Assembly (NCBI GenBank): GCA_019828565.1
Contig: JAHDYR010000046.1
Location: forward strand, 1 to 64,000
Source of the DNA: Carpediemonas membranifera BICM
Taxonomy: Eukaryota > Protista > Fornicata
DNA length: 64,000 nt
Direction of reading: 5' to 3'
Shown here: positions 11,339 to 23,600 of the stretch, one piece after another
Layout of the letters: the number at the start of each line of letters is the position of its first letter
Numbering within the stretch: the first letter of the stretch is position 1
Notes under the pieces: generated by a model
What the model saw: only the letters and a program-made list of their open reading frames with translations
Database searches by the model: none
Told to the model about the DNA's origin: nothing
Made by a program: the position numbers and the translations under genes

Positions 11339-14300
11339 ATGGTAACCTACAAGATACTTAGTCTGAACACAGAGGGACACATAGGAAGAGGAAAGGACTT
11401 CACGGCGTCTATGGCAACGGCGATTCAGCTAAGGTTGAAGGACATAGAGGCAGTACTCATACAAGAGACATGGAGAACGGCGAATACGAGGGTTCATTGC
11501 TTCATGGACCTTGACTACGCACTAGCAGGGAGGGAGACGGAAGAGGACCTGGTCTTAGCCAACGAAAAACGAAAGGCGGATGTCAAAAGTCAGCACCGCA
11601 TCAACCGACAACTAGGCATAGCAGGCAATGACGAACCTGCGCCAAGATGGAAGGGAACAAGGGAAGGCATCGGCACGATAGTGAGCCCACACGCAACTGC
11701 AAAGTGGGACATCGGCATAACGGACAGCCTATCGGGAAGAGTGCAAGCCAGCATAATGAGAACCGGCAGGGACATACTAGTCATCAACGTGTATGGCCCT
11801 CCATCCGGCCACAGCAAGCAGGAGAAGGATGGATTCAGGGACACTATACAGAAGATCATGGACATGAAAGGGAGCATGGAGGCCATAATTATGGGAGACT
11901 GGAACATCGACCCAGGCCAGATGGAAAGATCCACCCGGTGGAAGGATATGATGGAGAAGCACAGGCTCAAAGCCATCATACCCAAGTCTGGGACGCTCAC
12001 ATCAGGAACATCAACCCCGGACTTTGCAGTGACAACACCAGGAATCCAGGGGGCGGAGATTGAGGTGGTAGAGTCTCAGAAGGTCGGGGTATGGGGCTCA
12101 GCACACAATGGAATCACACTAGCATGGAAGGAACAACGGTACTATGGCAGAAGTGAGCGAGACGTGGCTCTGGCCATACCCGAGGTGCACACCTGGCCCA
12201 TGAAAAAGAAGGAGGGGCCAGTCACAGTCTCAAAGCTGAACAGGATCAAGAGCTCGGACCAATGGGAAGAGACTATAAGAGCATGCATGGGCGACCCAGT
12301 GAACAACAGGGGAGCAAAGGCAAGGGACAAAGTGTTCGGGAACGGAGTGTGGAGCGAACTCCAGCGAACCCCATGGACAGAAATAGGCAACAGGACCAGG
12401 AAGGAAAGGATGAAAGAGGAGCTGGAGAAATACTGGGGAGAGCGCAGGGCCAAATGGGTGGCCGACATCAGCAGAAGTGCAAAAAGGGGGTATAGGGCCT
12501 CAAGGGCCTCAGTGGAAGCTGCCATCAGAAGGTGGTGGTGTGACAACCAATACAAGGGAATACCGGAGAGCCTCCTCAAGGACGGAGTGATAACCACGGA
12601 CAAGGCGGCCATCAGCGAGATCCTCTTGCAACAGTATGCTAGAGTCAGCAGAGGCAGGGAACCCACCTGGAAGACATGGAGGGGCAGGGACGGAAATGAG
12701 TTCAAGGAAAGCGAGGTCAAAGCCGCAATCAAAAGGATCAGGAGGGACACCGCACCAGGGCCTGACCTCACATCTGGAGACATGCTGAGAGAGCTGGATG
12801 AGAAAGGCCTTAGGGAAGTGACGAGGCTCATCAACAGGGTCTACAGGGAGGGCGACGTACCCAAAGCATGGAAGTATGCCACAGTGTCGGCCATACACAA
12901 GACAGGGAAGCCAAGGGTCAAGCCGGAATCATATAGACCAATATCCTTGACACCACTGCTGTACAGGGTCTATGGTAGATTGCTCAAGATACGTCTGGAA
13001 GCAGCAACGAAAAGGTTCATACCAAGAGAACAGGCTGGTTTCCAGTCAGACAGGGACGTCATCCAGCAGATACAGTACATTGTGCAGCGGCACCAGGAGG
13101 GGGTGAGACCACGTCAATCTTTCTGGACATCGAGAAGGCATATGACACGGTACCAAGGGACATTCTCATGGATAAGCTACAGGGTATGGGGGTGGAGGAG
13201 CACTTGATCAGGGCAATTCAAGGCACAATAAAGGAAACCTGGATATCAGTCAAGGGGGCAAAGGCATGGGAAAAGAACCAACAGGGGAGTTAAGCAAGGG
13301 TGCGTCCTGGCACCGACACTGTTTGTGCTGTTCATGGCTAACTGGCCCCCACCTGGCCAGAAAGAAAAATCAAGGGAGAACGGTACGACATCAGAGAACC
13401 GCCAAGGACCACGAGCCACCTCAGCGACCGACTACCGGCAGCACTTACCATGTTTGTGGATGACACTGCGGTCACAGGGAGCAAACCGGAGCATAGCCAG
13501 ATGGTCGCCAACATAATGGTGGACATAATCAGAGAGCATGAAATGAGGGTGAACGCCCAGAAGAATGTAATGATTAGCGTGGACAGAACAGCCCTAGTCA
13601 GGATCGAGGGGGTAACACTACTGCCAGAGAAGGAGGCGAGATACCTGGGATTATGGATCGCAAGTGGGAAGGACCCTATGTCGGCCTGCATAAGGCGGAA
13701 ACAGGAGCAGAGCGAAAGGTACAAGAGACTGGTGAGATGGGCAGGGTGGACCAGGGCAAACATGCCAGCACTAGCGAGCAGGCTACTACTGGAAATATAT
13801 ATATGGCCCAGGATCCTCTTCGGAGTCGAGGTGTGGGGGAACGCACCGGGAGGTAGAAGGATCTGGAATGACTGGCAGGGAATCATGGCAGGAACAGGAC
13901 CGGGAGGGGCGCAGCCATGAGGCTGATGAATGGATGGGTGGACCTCCAGGCACACATGGAATGGCTGGCAGTCAAAAGGATAGTCAACTACAGGGACCAG
14001 GATATACCAGTCAGAAACAGAGAATGGGGGGCGGGGCACGGTTATGTGGGAAGCTAGGGAGAGAGTGCAGCATCTACTGGAGGGCACCAGAGAGGGAGCC
14101 CCTAAACCAGCGCTACTGGATTATGGCATGGAAACGATCAGGGAGGGGGTGGATGAAGCGGTGCAAAAGCCGTACGGCACTAGGACTAATGGAAATCATG
14201 GGGACAAGGAAATTAAGCAAGTGTCTGCAAGGTAAGCCTACGGTAGACCGAAAGGCTGGGAAGGGGCAAAGCAGGGCGGAATGGAAGAGAATTGTATCCA

Positions 14301-14785
14301 TTGCAGCCAATGTCAGCCCATCCCCATCGTCGGCAGAGAGAGGGGAGGGCCCTATGAGAGCCATCACAGAGCTGGCCCAAGGCGCTGACCTGAAGAGAGA
14401 AATTAGCAGACTATGCCCCCTATGCTCGGAGGAGTCGGAGGTGAGCCTGTTCTACAGGATCATTAGGGAAAAGCCAGGACCAGCAAGGAAGCAGGAAATG
14501 ATCAGGGAGTGGGCAGAGGGCCAGAGGCTAGGATCGGCAGCGCACATAATCTGTGAATGCCCGGCATTAGACAGGGGAGAAGCTTGGACAAAGCTGTGGA
14601 CAGCAGCGAAGCACAAAACTAAGGACTTGGAAGTAAGGCAGGGCCCCCAGGGCGAATGGTACCAGGAAAGACCCATCCTAGAATTACAGCAACTAATAAT
14701 ATGGGGCTCGGAGGACATTTGGGAAGGCCTCACGGCAGGACTACGGGAACTGGCAAAGGTTTACAACAGCTTCAAGGTGGAATAG
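11339..14785 (+). CDS. LINE ORF2: AP endonuclease, RT, C-terminal CCHC (frameshifted)
   Basis: SLN..G, IQET, NVYGP, GDWN, DF, SAH; PGPD, YRPISL, QAGF, LDIEKAYD, GVKQG, FVDD, YLG; CPLC..HIICEC. Confidence 0.92.
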
Positions 14786-15561
14786 AAGCATTTCATGAAC
14801 CCCTGACTCCAGGACCGGGAAGGGATGGACAAGGAATCAGCCATGGACCACCCTCGCTGGTGCTAAGCTCCTGGGATCAGTGAGGAAAGGCCCCACGTAT
14901 CCCGGTAGCCAGGAACCAAAGCAAGGGAAGGAACGACTGCAAGGAAAGAACAGGAAGGACAGACCAGAAATAAGAAAGAAAGGACATGCGACAAGGACAG
15001 AGCAAGGATAAGGTCAAGGAAATCCATATTCATATGGTTGCACCACTCGTTGGGACCCCAAGGAAACTGCAGGGACTGGCCACGGGGGTCGGAGGGGCAC
15101 AGGTGCCCCTGCCGCCCTTGTTAACGACATGGGAAACCAAGGACATGTAGTGCAAGCGAAATGTTGTAAGGGGTAACAGGACAACCAGGCCCAGTCAGCC
15201 TGGGGGTACACCGCCCATGCCCTGACCCACGCCACCTAACCGGGGTAGACAGCATGGACTTAGTCACTTTCCCCGCCTTCGGGTAGGCCTCTTAACAGAG
15301 TCGAGGGGGCATGGAATTGGGGAACCGGACAGACGAGAGGGTGCCGTGGCTGAACGGCTCTACAAGGACTGCAGGGAAGCAAGGAGTGTCATAGTCAAGG
15401 TTCTGCAGGACGATCCTGCCTGTCAATGCCCCGAGGACAGACCCCCAGGCTCCCCGGATAGTTGCCGGACTTTCAGGGAGACATGAAAGCATATTTGCAC
15501 GGAGATGGCCGCAGGGCCTCTGGGGCGATTGGAATCGGCTTTCCGCGGAGACAGTAGCACC

Positions 15562-16861
15562 CGGCTAGGAGTAGGTCCCTCTCCTGAATGTCGCTCGTCC
15601 ATCTCCGCAGGCCTTCCTCCATTGCCCATAGCTCCTTCGCGTTGATGCTCTTGGAGCATTGTGCCTCTGAGAACCTGCCCTGGATGTTGAGGGACGTGTC
15701 TTCGACAAACAGCGTCGCGCCGAACGCATAGTCCGACGCGTCGGTCTCCATACGAAGTACCTGGCCTCTTGGGCCGAAGTACCATGCCGGATCGGATGAT
15801 AGCTGTCTGGCCCACCACCGCAGGTCCGTTCGTAGGTCCTGGGGCAGGCTGGACTTTGGGTACCGCACTCGGTCGTCGCAGCCAGCGATCCTGACCTGCA
15901 GCTCTCTGAGCCGGACAAGTGCCCGCGTCCCTAGTGCGAACCGGCAGAAGAGTAGCTTTCCGTGAAGGGTCTGAAGGTCCCGCTTTGTGTGTCTCTTGAG
16001 TTGCAGGTTGGCTATGAGTCTGCTGTACTGAGCCCTCTTCTCCTCTGGCAGCGACATCGTCATCTCGCGCAAGTCGACTATCACGCCCAAGTAAGTTACC
16101 CTCTGGGACGGGGTCAAGTGGCACTTCTCTCTCGATAGGACGACTCCAAGTGAGTCCAAGATCTCTAAGATCCGTGGGACCTGGGCGCTCAACGACTCTC
16201 TCGAGCGACTGATTATGAGCAGATCGTCCAGATACACGTATATTATCAGTCCTTCGAGAAGTGAGCGCAAGATCTTCGCCATCTGTGACGTAACCGACTG
16301 AAACTGCCGTGGCGCCGTTGAGAGGCCGAAAGGGAGTCCTCTCCATCTGTATTGTTCTCCCTCGAACGAGAATCCGAGTTCCTGTCGTGAGTTCTCCTCC
16401 ACTAGGAGCTGGTAGTACCCGGACTTCATGTCCAATGTTATTCCCCACGAGTTTCTCGGAACGCCATGCTGTATCTCTGCTAGGCCCCTCAGCCTGAATG
16501 TTAGGTCCTCTTGGTATGCATTGACCGGTCTCAGGTCGTGTATCAGACGGTAGCTGCCTGCGATCTTCTTCTCTAATGTAAACAGGGGGCATATTGTCGT
16601 CGCCTCGCCCTTCTCTATTGCTTTCTGTTGCAGTAGCTCCTCTAGTAGAGCCTTCATCGTGTCTGTCTCCTTCTGGAGGTGCGCATTGAGCGCCGGTGCT
16701 GCCGGGGTGACCTTCACTCCCTCTCGTAACAGTTGCACCACCTCCCTGCTGGCCCCGAGGGCCTCCCACCTCATCCACCGACGGCTCATCGAGCCCGTCA
16801 GCCCCTGTATACACTGGGTGGAGGTGTCTTGCTGATCTTCTTGTGCTTCTTCTCTTTCCAT
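15562..16861 (-). CDS. pol: DIRS-type RT-RNase H (3' truncated)
   Basis: ORF 15473-16870 motifs. Confidence 0.88.
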
Positions 16862-16933
16862 TGCAAACAAACTCTTCGAAGTATATCGAGCCTTTTATAG
16901 TCATCGGGTTCAGGCTTAACCATTCTCTGGCCT

Positions 16934-17428
16934 CTACTGGGCCCGCCCCGGTCCGAGGTCGGTTGCCGGGGCACGACGGTTGTTGTTGTTGAAGCGGGGA
17001 GAGTTGCTGCTGAAGCCGCCGAAGCCTCTCTGGAACCGCTTGGGTCGAGGAGGCGGTGGGGTGGCCTTGGCCGCCTTGGCGGCCAGCACTACGAAGCGTT
17101 GCGCGTCTCGTTCTTCTCTCGAAATAGCCATGAAGTAGCGCGCAGCGGTGTCGGAGTGGCTGTCATATAGCCGTAGGAACTCGAGTCTGCGCTCGAAGAC
17201 CGCCTCGATCGCGGCTTCGATCTGGTTGACGCGCGTCATCTCCGGGTTGTTGAGGATACCTCTGATGTCGGCAAGTGTCTCGCGGAGGTGGTCGTACTCC
17301 TTAGCAACGGCTCCTATCCGAGACGGGCGTCTCGGGTCCCGTGTACTGTCCTTAACCGATGAAACCTCCGAACGGAGTGCCGTAATGACGTTCTGCTGCT
17401 GTTGTATGAGCTCAGCAAGGCTCTCCAT
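16934..17428 (-). CDS. gag: Gag-like ORF1 of YR element C
   Basis: Homologous to element A ORF1; lies upstream of pol. Confidence 0.75.
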   Translation of the reverse strand: MESLAELIQQQQNVITALRSEVSSVKDSTRDPRRPSRIGAVAKEYDHLRETLADIRGILNNPEMTRVNQIEAAIEAVFERRLEFLRLYDSHSDTAARYFMAISREERDAQRFVVLAAKAAKATPPPPRPKRFQRGFGGFSSNSPRFNNNNRRAPATDLGPGRAQ

Positions 17429-17950
17429 GGTGACAGGCGGCGGATCAGCGTTATCCGGTGTCGCCTTCGGCCATCCTCACGGTTTCTGCTGGAGGGATAC
17501 GATCTGCTCGCGATCGGGACGGATCAAGACCGTATCCACAATCATATCTTTCGAGATTTTTTAAATATTTTGGCCATCTTTCTCGTGTCCCCGGAATCCT
17601 GTTCTGACACGCCCTGACCCAGCAGTGTCAGGGCGTGAGCCACGCCCGAGGCGTGATAGCTTACATATCGATGATGTCTGACTAGGCAGACACTCACATT
17701 CACTTATGAATTCTCCTGGGGGGCGGAACATTTACATGATTCGTCGCGTAATGTTCCCTGTGCCCGCGGTCCCGCGGACTGTAAAACGTCGTGGTGTCAA
17801 GAGGACCCCTGGGTCACGGGTTCCATGGCTTCATTGCCTAGCCCACTTTGGCTTCGGCTCTTCCCTCAACGTCCTGTTAACTCGCCGGACCTGAGTACGT
17901 CTCGCGTTATTGCTCCTTTTGTTTTGTTTCCACTGAGCTTGTGGAATGTC

Positions 17951-18025
17951 TGACCCCAACTGGAATCGAACCCGCGACCCTCCGTCTCTCAGGCTGGGGG
18001 CCTAACCATCTGAGCTACGGCTGGA
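17951..18025 (-). pseudogene. tRNA-like sequence (pseudo-tRNA or SINE head)
   Basis: A box TAGCTCAGATGG and B box GGTTCGATTCC at tRNA spacing; acceptor and anticodon stems pair poorly. Confidence 0.55.
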
Positions 18026-18190
18026 GCGCTTTCGGGATTTTGCGATTTGCGGTCCCCGGTGTTGTTCTCGGTTTCTTCAGCCATCTGGCCGTAATTGATT
18101 CGATCCCGATTCGTTCGGCTCGAATAAATCGAATCAGGCAGATCCATCGCCCATGCTCCATTATCTCACGCCGGAGCTGACGTCTCATGC

Positions 18191-18264
18191 GGGCGGTTGG
18201 CTCAATTGGATAGAGTACCTGACTACGGATCAGGTGGTTGCAGGTTCGAGTCCTGCATCGCTCG
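18191..18264 (+). tRNA. trnR: tRNA-Arg (anticodon ACG)
   Basis: Acceptor GGGCGGT/ATCGCTC; anticodon arm CCTGA-CTACGGA-TCAGG; T arm GCAGG-TTCGAGT-CCTGC; no encoded CCA; followed by TTTT. Confidence 0.95.
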
Positions 18265-18269
18265 AATTT

Positions 18270-21200
18270 TATATCACTCTTTGCGGTCGTTGACTCCGAC
18301 TCGGTCGTCGCTAGACTAGGCTAGCCACCTAACTCATACTCCCAAAGGGGGGTAAAGGATTTATTCTTCTCGGGCTCCTTTGGGCCCGATGTGCCTTCGG
18401 GCATTCGAAATTCTGATGCCATAAACTGCACGTTTCCGTGCGCCCTCTCGGGCGTCTCAGCACCCCGGGTGCCAATGGGCTCGAGTGGTGCTCGATGGCG
18501 CTCTCGCGGCTTACTGCGTTAAACGGCGTAAAGGAACACGGTTTGCGTTCACTTTCAGCAGCAGCGCGCATCTGAGCACCAAGGCTCGATTTTGCGCAAT
18601 TTCACGCATCCACTCGCACAAAACGTACCAAAACTCCTTGAAAGGAGCTACTTCTCCGCAAAAGACAACGAAAGTAACCAAAGTGAGATCAAAACAGCGA
18701 AATGTTGTGGTATTCCCGTTCTTACTCACTCACAATGTCCTGCCCAGCAGCAGCCGCGCGTTCGCGAGCAGCTTGGGCTTGTGTCAGCCAATCCACGATG
18801 GCTCTGCACTGCCACTTCCAATTGGCAACGAAAACCCGGTCCACGAGACGATCCTTGGCCGCGTTGTCCAGCAGCTTCATCTCGACCAGCCTCTCTGGCC
18901 AGGGCACACCGCCAGCCTTCCAGGGCGCGCAACGGCCGCTCGAACTGACAACAGCAGGCACCATATCAACGTTGAAGTGCTGATACTGCTTCACCTTATC
19001 AGCCCGCGCGTCGGAGACGTAGTCCGAGCAGACGATGTCAATGACGGGTTTCACACCGCCCTCGTCGGGCCTGACTTCGACGTCCATGCGCACTCTGTAC
19101 GGCCGCAAAGGATGCTTCGCCTCTGCAGACTTCGGCGTCAGCCACCTCTCAGGCCTGGCTGCCACGCCCTCCTCCTTGAGGGTCCTGATCACTTCGTCCC
19201 GGATGGCGTCATGCCGCTGCACCTTTGCGTCACCGCGTAGGCACGGGCACACCACCGCGTGCGACCAGCCCTTCATAGCCACAGTACGACTGTGCTTCTC
19301 AGAGCAGATCGGGCACACTCCAGCCGCGTCGCTAAAGGCGGGCCGGCCCAGGTGGTCGGCGATCATGGCCCGGTCGACCTCGTGGCGGTTCGACTGCCTC
19401 GTGACAGAGACTGGGTCGGACTTGAGCATAGCGCTGATGATGTTGGGCGCGACGACGCTGTCCTTCACCGCAGGGTTGGTGTTGAAATTATGTTCCTTCA
19501 ACAGGCACACCAACTCGTGCTGCGGCTTGTCCTTGCCGACCGCCTTCAGCGCTGCCTCATCCTTGGGCCAATCCTTCACGTTGGCGCCCAGCGCGAGGAC
19601 CTTATCCAGGTCGGGCCGGCTGAGGCCAAACTCCAGCAGATGCCGGGAGGCCCCCAGGTAGGCGGGAGCCCAGACATCGAGCGGCATCGGCAAGCCGAGA
19701 CCGCCCGCATGCACCGGCAGCCCTAGCCGCCGGCAGAACTTCTTCATCTCTTCCGCATCGGTGATCTTGTCTTGCAGGATGTCCAAGACGGCTGGGGCAA
19801 TACACTGCCGTTCAAAGACGGCCGTCTTGCCCAGCAAATTGCCCTGGCCTGTGGTAGACTTGATCGTGGGGAGAACGTTGCGGTAGAAATGTATGGGGAT
19901 GGTGAGCGCAGACACCCTGACGATCGTCAGAGCCACCGCCGTGGCCTTCGACCCGATCTCCCGGCAGAGCTCCTTGGCGGCGTCGAGCACGGCCTTCACC
20001 TTCTTCAGGATCTTGGTACAGCACTCAACGTGGAAGGCTGAGGAGACGGAGATGGGGATACCCACCAGCTTGAAAGACTGCGCCCGCGTCACCTGGTCCG
20101 AAGCGTTGTTGTCGTCCCGCGACTCGCGATGAGCGACCGCACACTTGGACCGGTTCAACGGCATCCCAACACTCGCAAAGAGCTGCTCCGACCGAGAGAC
20201 GAATGAATTCGCCTTCCGGCCCGTCTCGTAGTCTTGCAGGGGGCTCGGGATGGACGCCGAAACGTCATCCTGGTATCCGCGAACAGTGAAGTCCGGGAAT
20301 TCCCCGCGCAACTGCGTCAGCAGAGGAACATGCCCAGCGAGAAGAGGAGTGGGGAGAGAGGATCACCCTGGTGGATGCCCTCCTCCGAGGCCCACACCTC
20401 GCCAGTCGTCGTCAGCAGCAAGCCGCTGGCGTACATTCGGCGGAGGTAGGGGCCGAGTACGGGAATATATGCCTCGACCACCTTCACGAGATAATCTCGG
20501 GACATCGTGCCATACGCGTTGGACATGTCCAACGTCACGATGGTGCTCCCGTTCATGTACTCGTTCAGCGTGGCCGTCGCCAGCCGCTCCAGGCCGGCTG
20601 ATTCGCCAAGCCCGAATTGGTCCCCCATCAACTCATCCTCGACGACAAGCCTTGGGAAGACGACTGTTGCGGCGACCTTAGCCGCCAGCCGGCGCAGCAC
20701 CTCGCCTATTGCGACAGGGCGGACCCCACCGCAATCCTTCGGCACCGGCACCAGGATCGCGTGTGCGAAGATCGACGTGTACTCCTCACCGTCCAGGATG
20801 TCCTGCAAGACAGGCTCCAAGGCGGCTACGAGGTCTCCACGCCTCACGCTCGCGGCAATGCGCAGGTGTAGCGCTGACAGGCCCGACGGTCCAGGGGCGG
20901 ATTCCGGCGAAAGGCTCATGAGTGCGGCCTTGATCTGCTTGCGCGAGACCGTGATGGCACTGAGCGGGTTCGCCGGCACGTCGGGGAGGGAGATGTTCGG
21001 CACAAGCCCTGTCGGAGAAGACAGCTTCTCCTTCAGAGACTGATTGATCTCGTCAGGCGTGAGGGTCGTCTCCGACCCCGTGATCGTTGTCACTGCCTTG
21101 GAGATGAAGCCACGTATGGCCAAGTTCCACGCGCGCCTTGTGCGGTTGGCTCTCGGCCTGCGAGCCGAGACCTTCGGGGGTGCGTACAAGGTCTGCGCGT

Positions 21201-22019
21201 ACGAGCACAGTCTCGCGGCGGCAGCAAGTTTGGCGTCCGTGCCTTCGGCGTCGGCGATTGCCTTCAGGCGGCTGATCAAGCCCTCCGCGAACCCGGCGCG
21301 ACGGCGCTTGGGTGGGCGAGCTTACCCAGGAAGAGGGCCTTCGCTGGGTCGAGGAAACAGTCTGGGCGGACGGGGGCCGTCGCTCTGCGCTGATTGAACT
21401 CTGGCGTCTGGGACGCGTCGAGTGTAACGCTGGACGGGCCCTCGCTTGCCTGGCTTGCTGGGCGTTGAGGGGTCTGACTCGGAGCCGGCGGTTGGCTCGG
21501 AATCGGCGGGCGGGGGACGGGGGCAGACTGAGTCTGGGGTGAAGGGCTGAGGGCGCGGGCGGTGTCGGTTGACCCAACAGGCGCACCAGCGATCCGGGCG
21601 ACAGTCCTCACGACTTCGGCTGCATGAGCAGGCGCTGTATCGATCATTGTCATGCGAGACTTCGTGACGTTGGGCGCATTGCGACCCTCGTATGCCACGG
21701 CAACTGCACGAATTCTGTCGAGGATCTCCCGCAGTTTTGCGAGAGTCAGACGTTTGTTCTTACGGGACTTCCCGTCTCCAAGCCAAGTTCTAACGTTTGC
21801 TTCGTTCTGCAAAGCGTCAAATAGTTCCTGATTACTGTTGAAGTCGTTCACGACCTCATCAGGGACGTATTGTGCGAAATTTTTGCGGATTTCGGAGATA
21901 ACGTGGAGAAGCTCCTCCTGGATCCCTAATGTACCACCAGGCACATCAGGAGACCTTGTGAAGATGATTCTCCCACCTCCTTCTTGTGATCGTCGGTGAT
22001 CTACCGACATTCTCTGATG
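18270..22019 (-). mobile_element. CRE-like RLE non-LTR retrotransposon, copy 1
   Basis: Bounded by CTGCATCGCTCGAATTT at 18253-18269 and 22020-22036; single RT-RLE ORF. Confidence 0.9.
18308..18494 (-). repeat. Solo terminal remnant (B-spacer-A) of YR element D in the CRE 3' UTR
   Basis: Equals 22075-22261, followed directly by the flank that follows 25860. Confidence 0.85.
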
Positions 22020-22025
22020 CTGCAT
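18722..22025 (-). CDS. RT + CCHC + restriction-like endonuclease (two 1-nt homopolymer indels relative to copy 2)
   Basis: PGPSG, RPVAIGEVLRR, QFG, LDMSNAY, GIHQGDPLSP, YQDD, LP..GGLG, CPIC..H..C, RHD, RMD..D..K. Confidence 0.9.
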
Positions 22026-22446
22026 CGCTCGAATTTTATATCACTCTTTGCGGTCGTTGACTCCGACTCGGTCGTCGCTAGACTAGGCTAGCCACCTAAC
22101 TCATACTCCCAAAGGGGGGTAAAGGATTTATTCTTCTCGGGCTCCTTTGGGCCCGATGTGCCTTCGGGCATTCGAAATTCTGATGCCATAAACTGCACGT
22201 TTCCGTGCGCCCTCTCGGGCGTCTCAGCACCCCGGGTGCCAATGGGCTCGAGTGGTGCTCGCTAGACTAGGCTAGCCACCTAACTCATACTCCCAAAGGG
22301 GAACACCGTCCGCAGATCTGAGGTAAGTAGAGTAATTACAGTGGAGTATGGCGGCTCCATGCCTGCCTCAAGTGCCAGCAGCTCCTTGCTGCTTTCGGCT
22401 GGACCGGGCGTCTCCTTGACGGCCTCCGGTGCGATGGTTTATGGTG

Positions 22447-23600
22447 TTAGAATGGGAACAGGGTGTTTGCAGTTTGTCGGGTTTGACGAGGGTGGTTGCG
22501 GATAGCCTCCCCGATGTAAGGCCGGAGAGAGTTGCCGTTAGCCCAGGTTCCGAGTTGGAGTAAGGTCTCTATCGGTGTGCCTGCTAGTGCCAGTTCGGAA
22601 GCCGCTCCCTTGCGGAAGCTGTGTAGGCCAATCCTGTTGTCGTGGAAGACTGTGCGTAGCTCCTCTCGCATACGTCGCATTGTGCACGGGGTCTTACGGC
22701 TGACCTTCGATGAGGATGTGATCGCGCGCCAGATGCAGGCGTCCGGTGGAAGGTTCAAGCCTCGTACCCATCTCTGCAGGGCCAGCGCTGGGTTGAATGG
22801 GCCTAGTAGGGTGTTGGGTAGTGACTTAGTGACCTTTGCAAGCGTCTTTGTGCGACCAAGGAGCAGCTGGGCGTCCCCGTTTGTCTTGAACACGATGTCA
22901 GCGCTCGTCAGGTTGAAGATTTCAGCTCCGCGGCTCACGGTCAGGTAAGCAATCGCGGCGAATAGTGTCGCTTGGTACGTCGCGATGTCGCTGTTCCTGG
23001 ACTTGATGGCCCTGATCATGTCCTCCCCTTGTGACTGGGGCTGACCCGCCTGTCATGCCGGTGGTGTTGGCGTTGTCTGCTATGCCTCTTCTGATTTGTG
23101 GACAGTAGGTGCTGGGGGTCCAGTCGGAAAAGAGTGGGGCGGCCTTCTCGATCCAGTATCCCTTTCGATCGACCGTGGCTGGTGCATTATACTCGGCCTC
23201 GTCCTCCAGGAAGGCTCGGTACTCATCGGTGTCGTCCTCGTGTGGGTCGCGGTACTCAAGGATGAATGCTGTAATCCATCCGGCTACTGAGCGCTTGGAC
23301 TCGTCTCGGCGCATGTGAGACAGTATTGGGTGCTGCAGGATTCTGGAGAACGTGTCCTGAAGGCGAGAGCTATGAAGCGGATGGTCCCGTTTGGCCTGGA
23401 GAGACGGTCTAGGAGTTGTTGGTCCTCTGATGCGAAGTCGTCTTTCGGTACTGAGAAGGGAATCTTGCATGTCGCGTGCGCCTTGAGTTGTTGGAGTTCG
23501 GGGCTCGTAATGTCTGGCACGACGAGGAAGCATGCTGAGGTCCACGAGTTCGGAGGGGATGTAGTCGGGGTCGTTAAGATCGGTAGGAGGGTCTGCCATG
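22447..23600 (-). CDS. Tyrosine recombinase of element D (frameshifted; start approximate)
   Basis: SRGAE, KT, HSFRKG, GTW, RPY. Confidence 0.88.

Larger units (their letters stand above)
9809..15561 (+). mobile_element. APE-type LINE, family A copy 1 (ORF1, ORF2, long 3' UTR lacking the last ~280 bp)
   Basis: Two-ORF layout; near-identical inverted copy at 55479-59230. Confidence 0.9.
15562..17675 (-). mobile_element. YR retrotransposon C, 5' part (gag, RT, RNase H)
   Basis: LDMKSGYYQ, LPFGLSTAP, YLDD, TDAS, SINAKEL; breaks at the LINE junction. Confidence 0.9.

Noticed and set aside
22330-22345. AGTAATTACAGTGG resembling the gypsy leader palindrome
   Set aside because: It lies in the 3' UTR of YR element D with no LTR or gag nearby; likely chance
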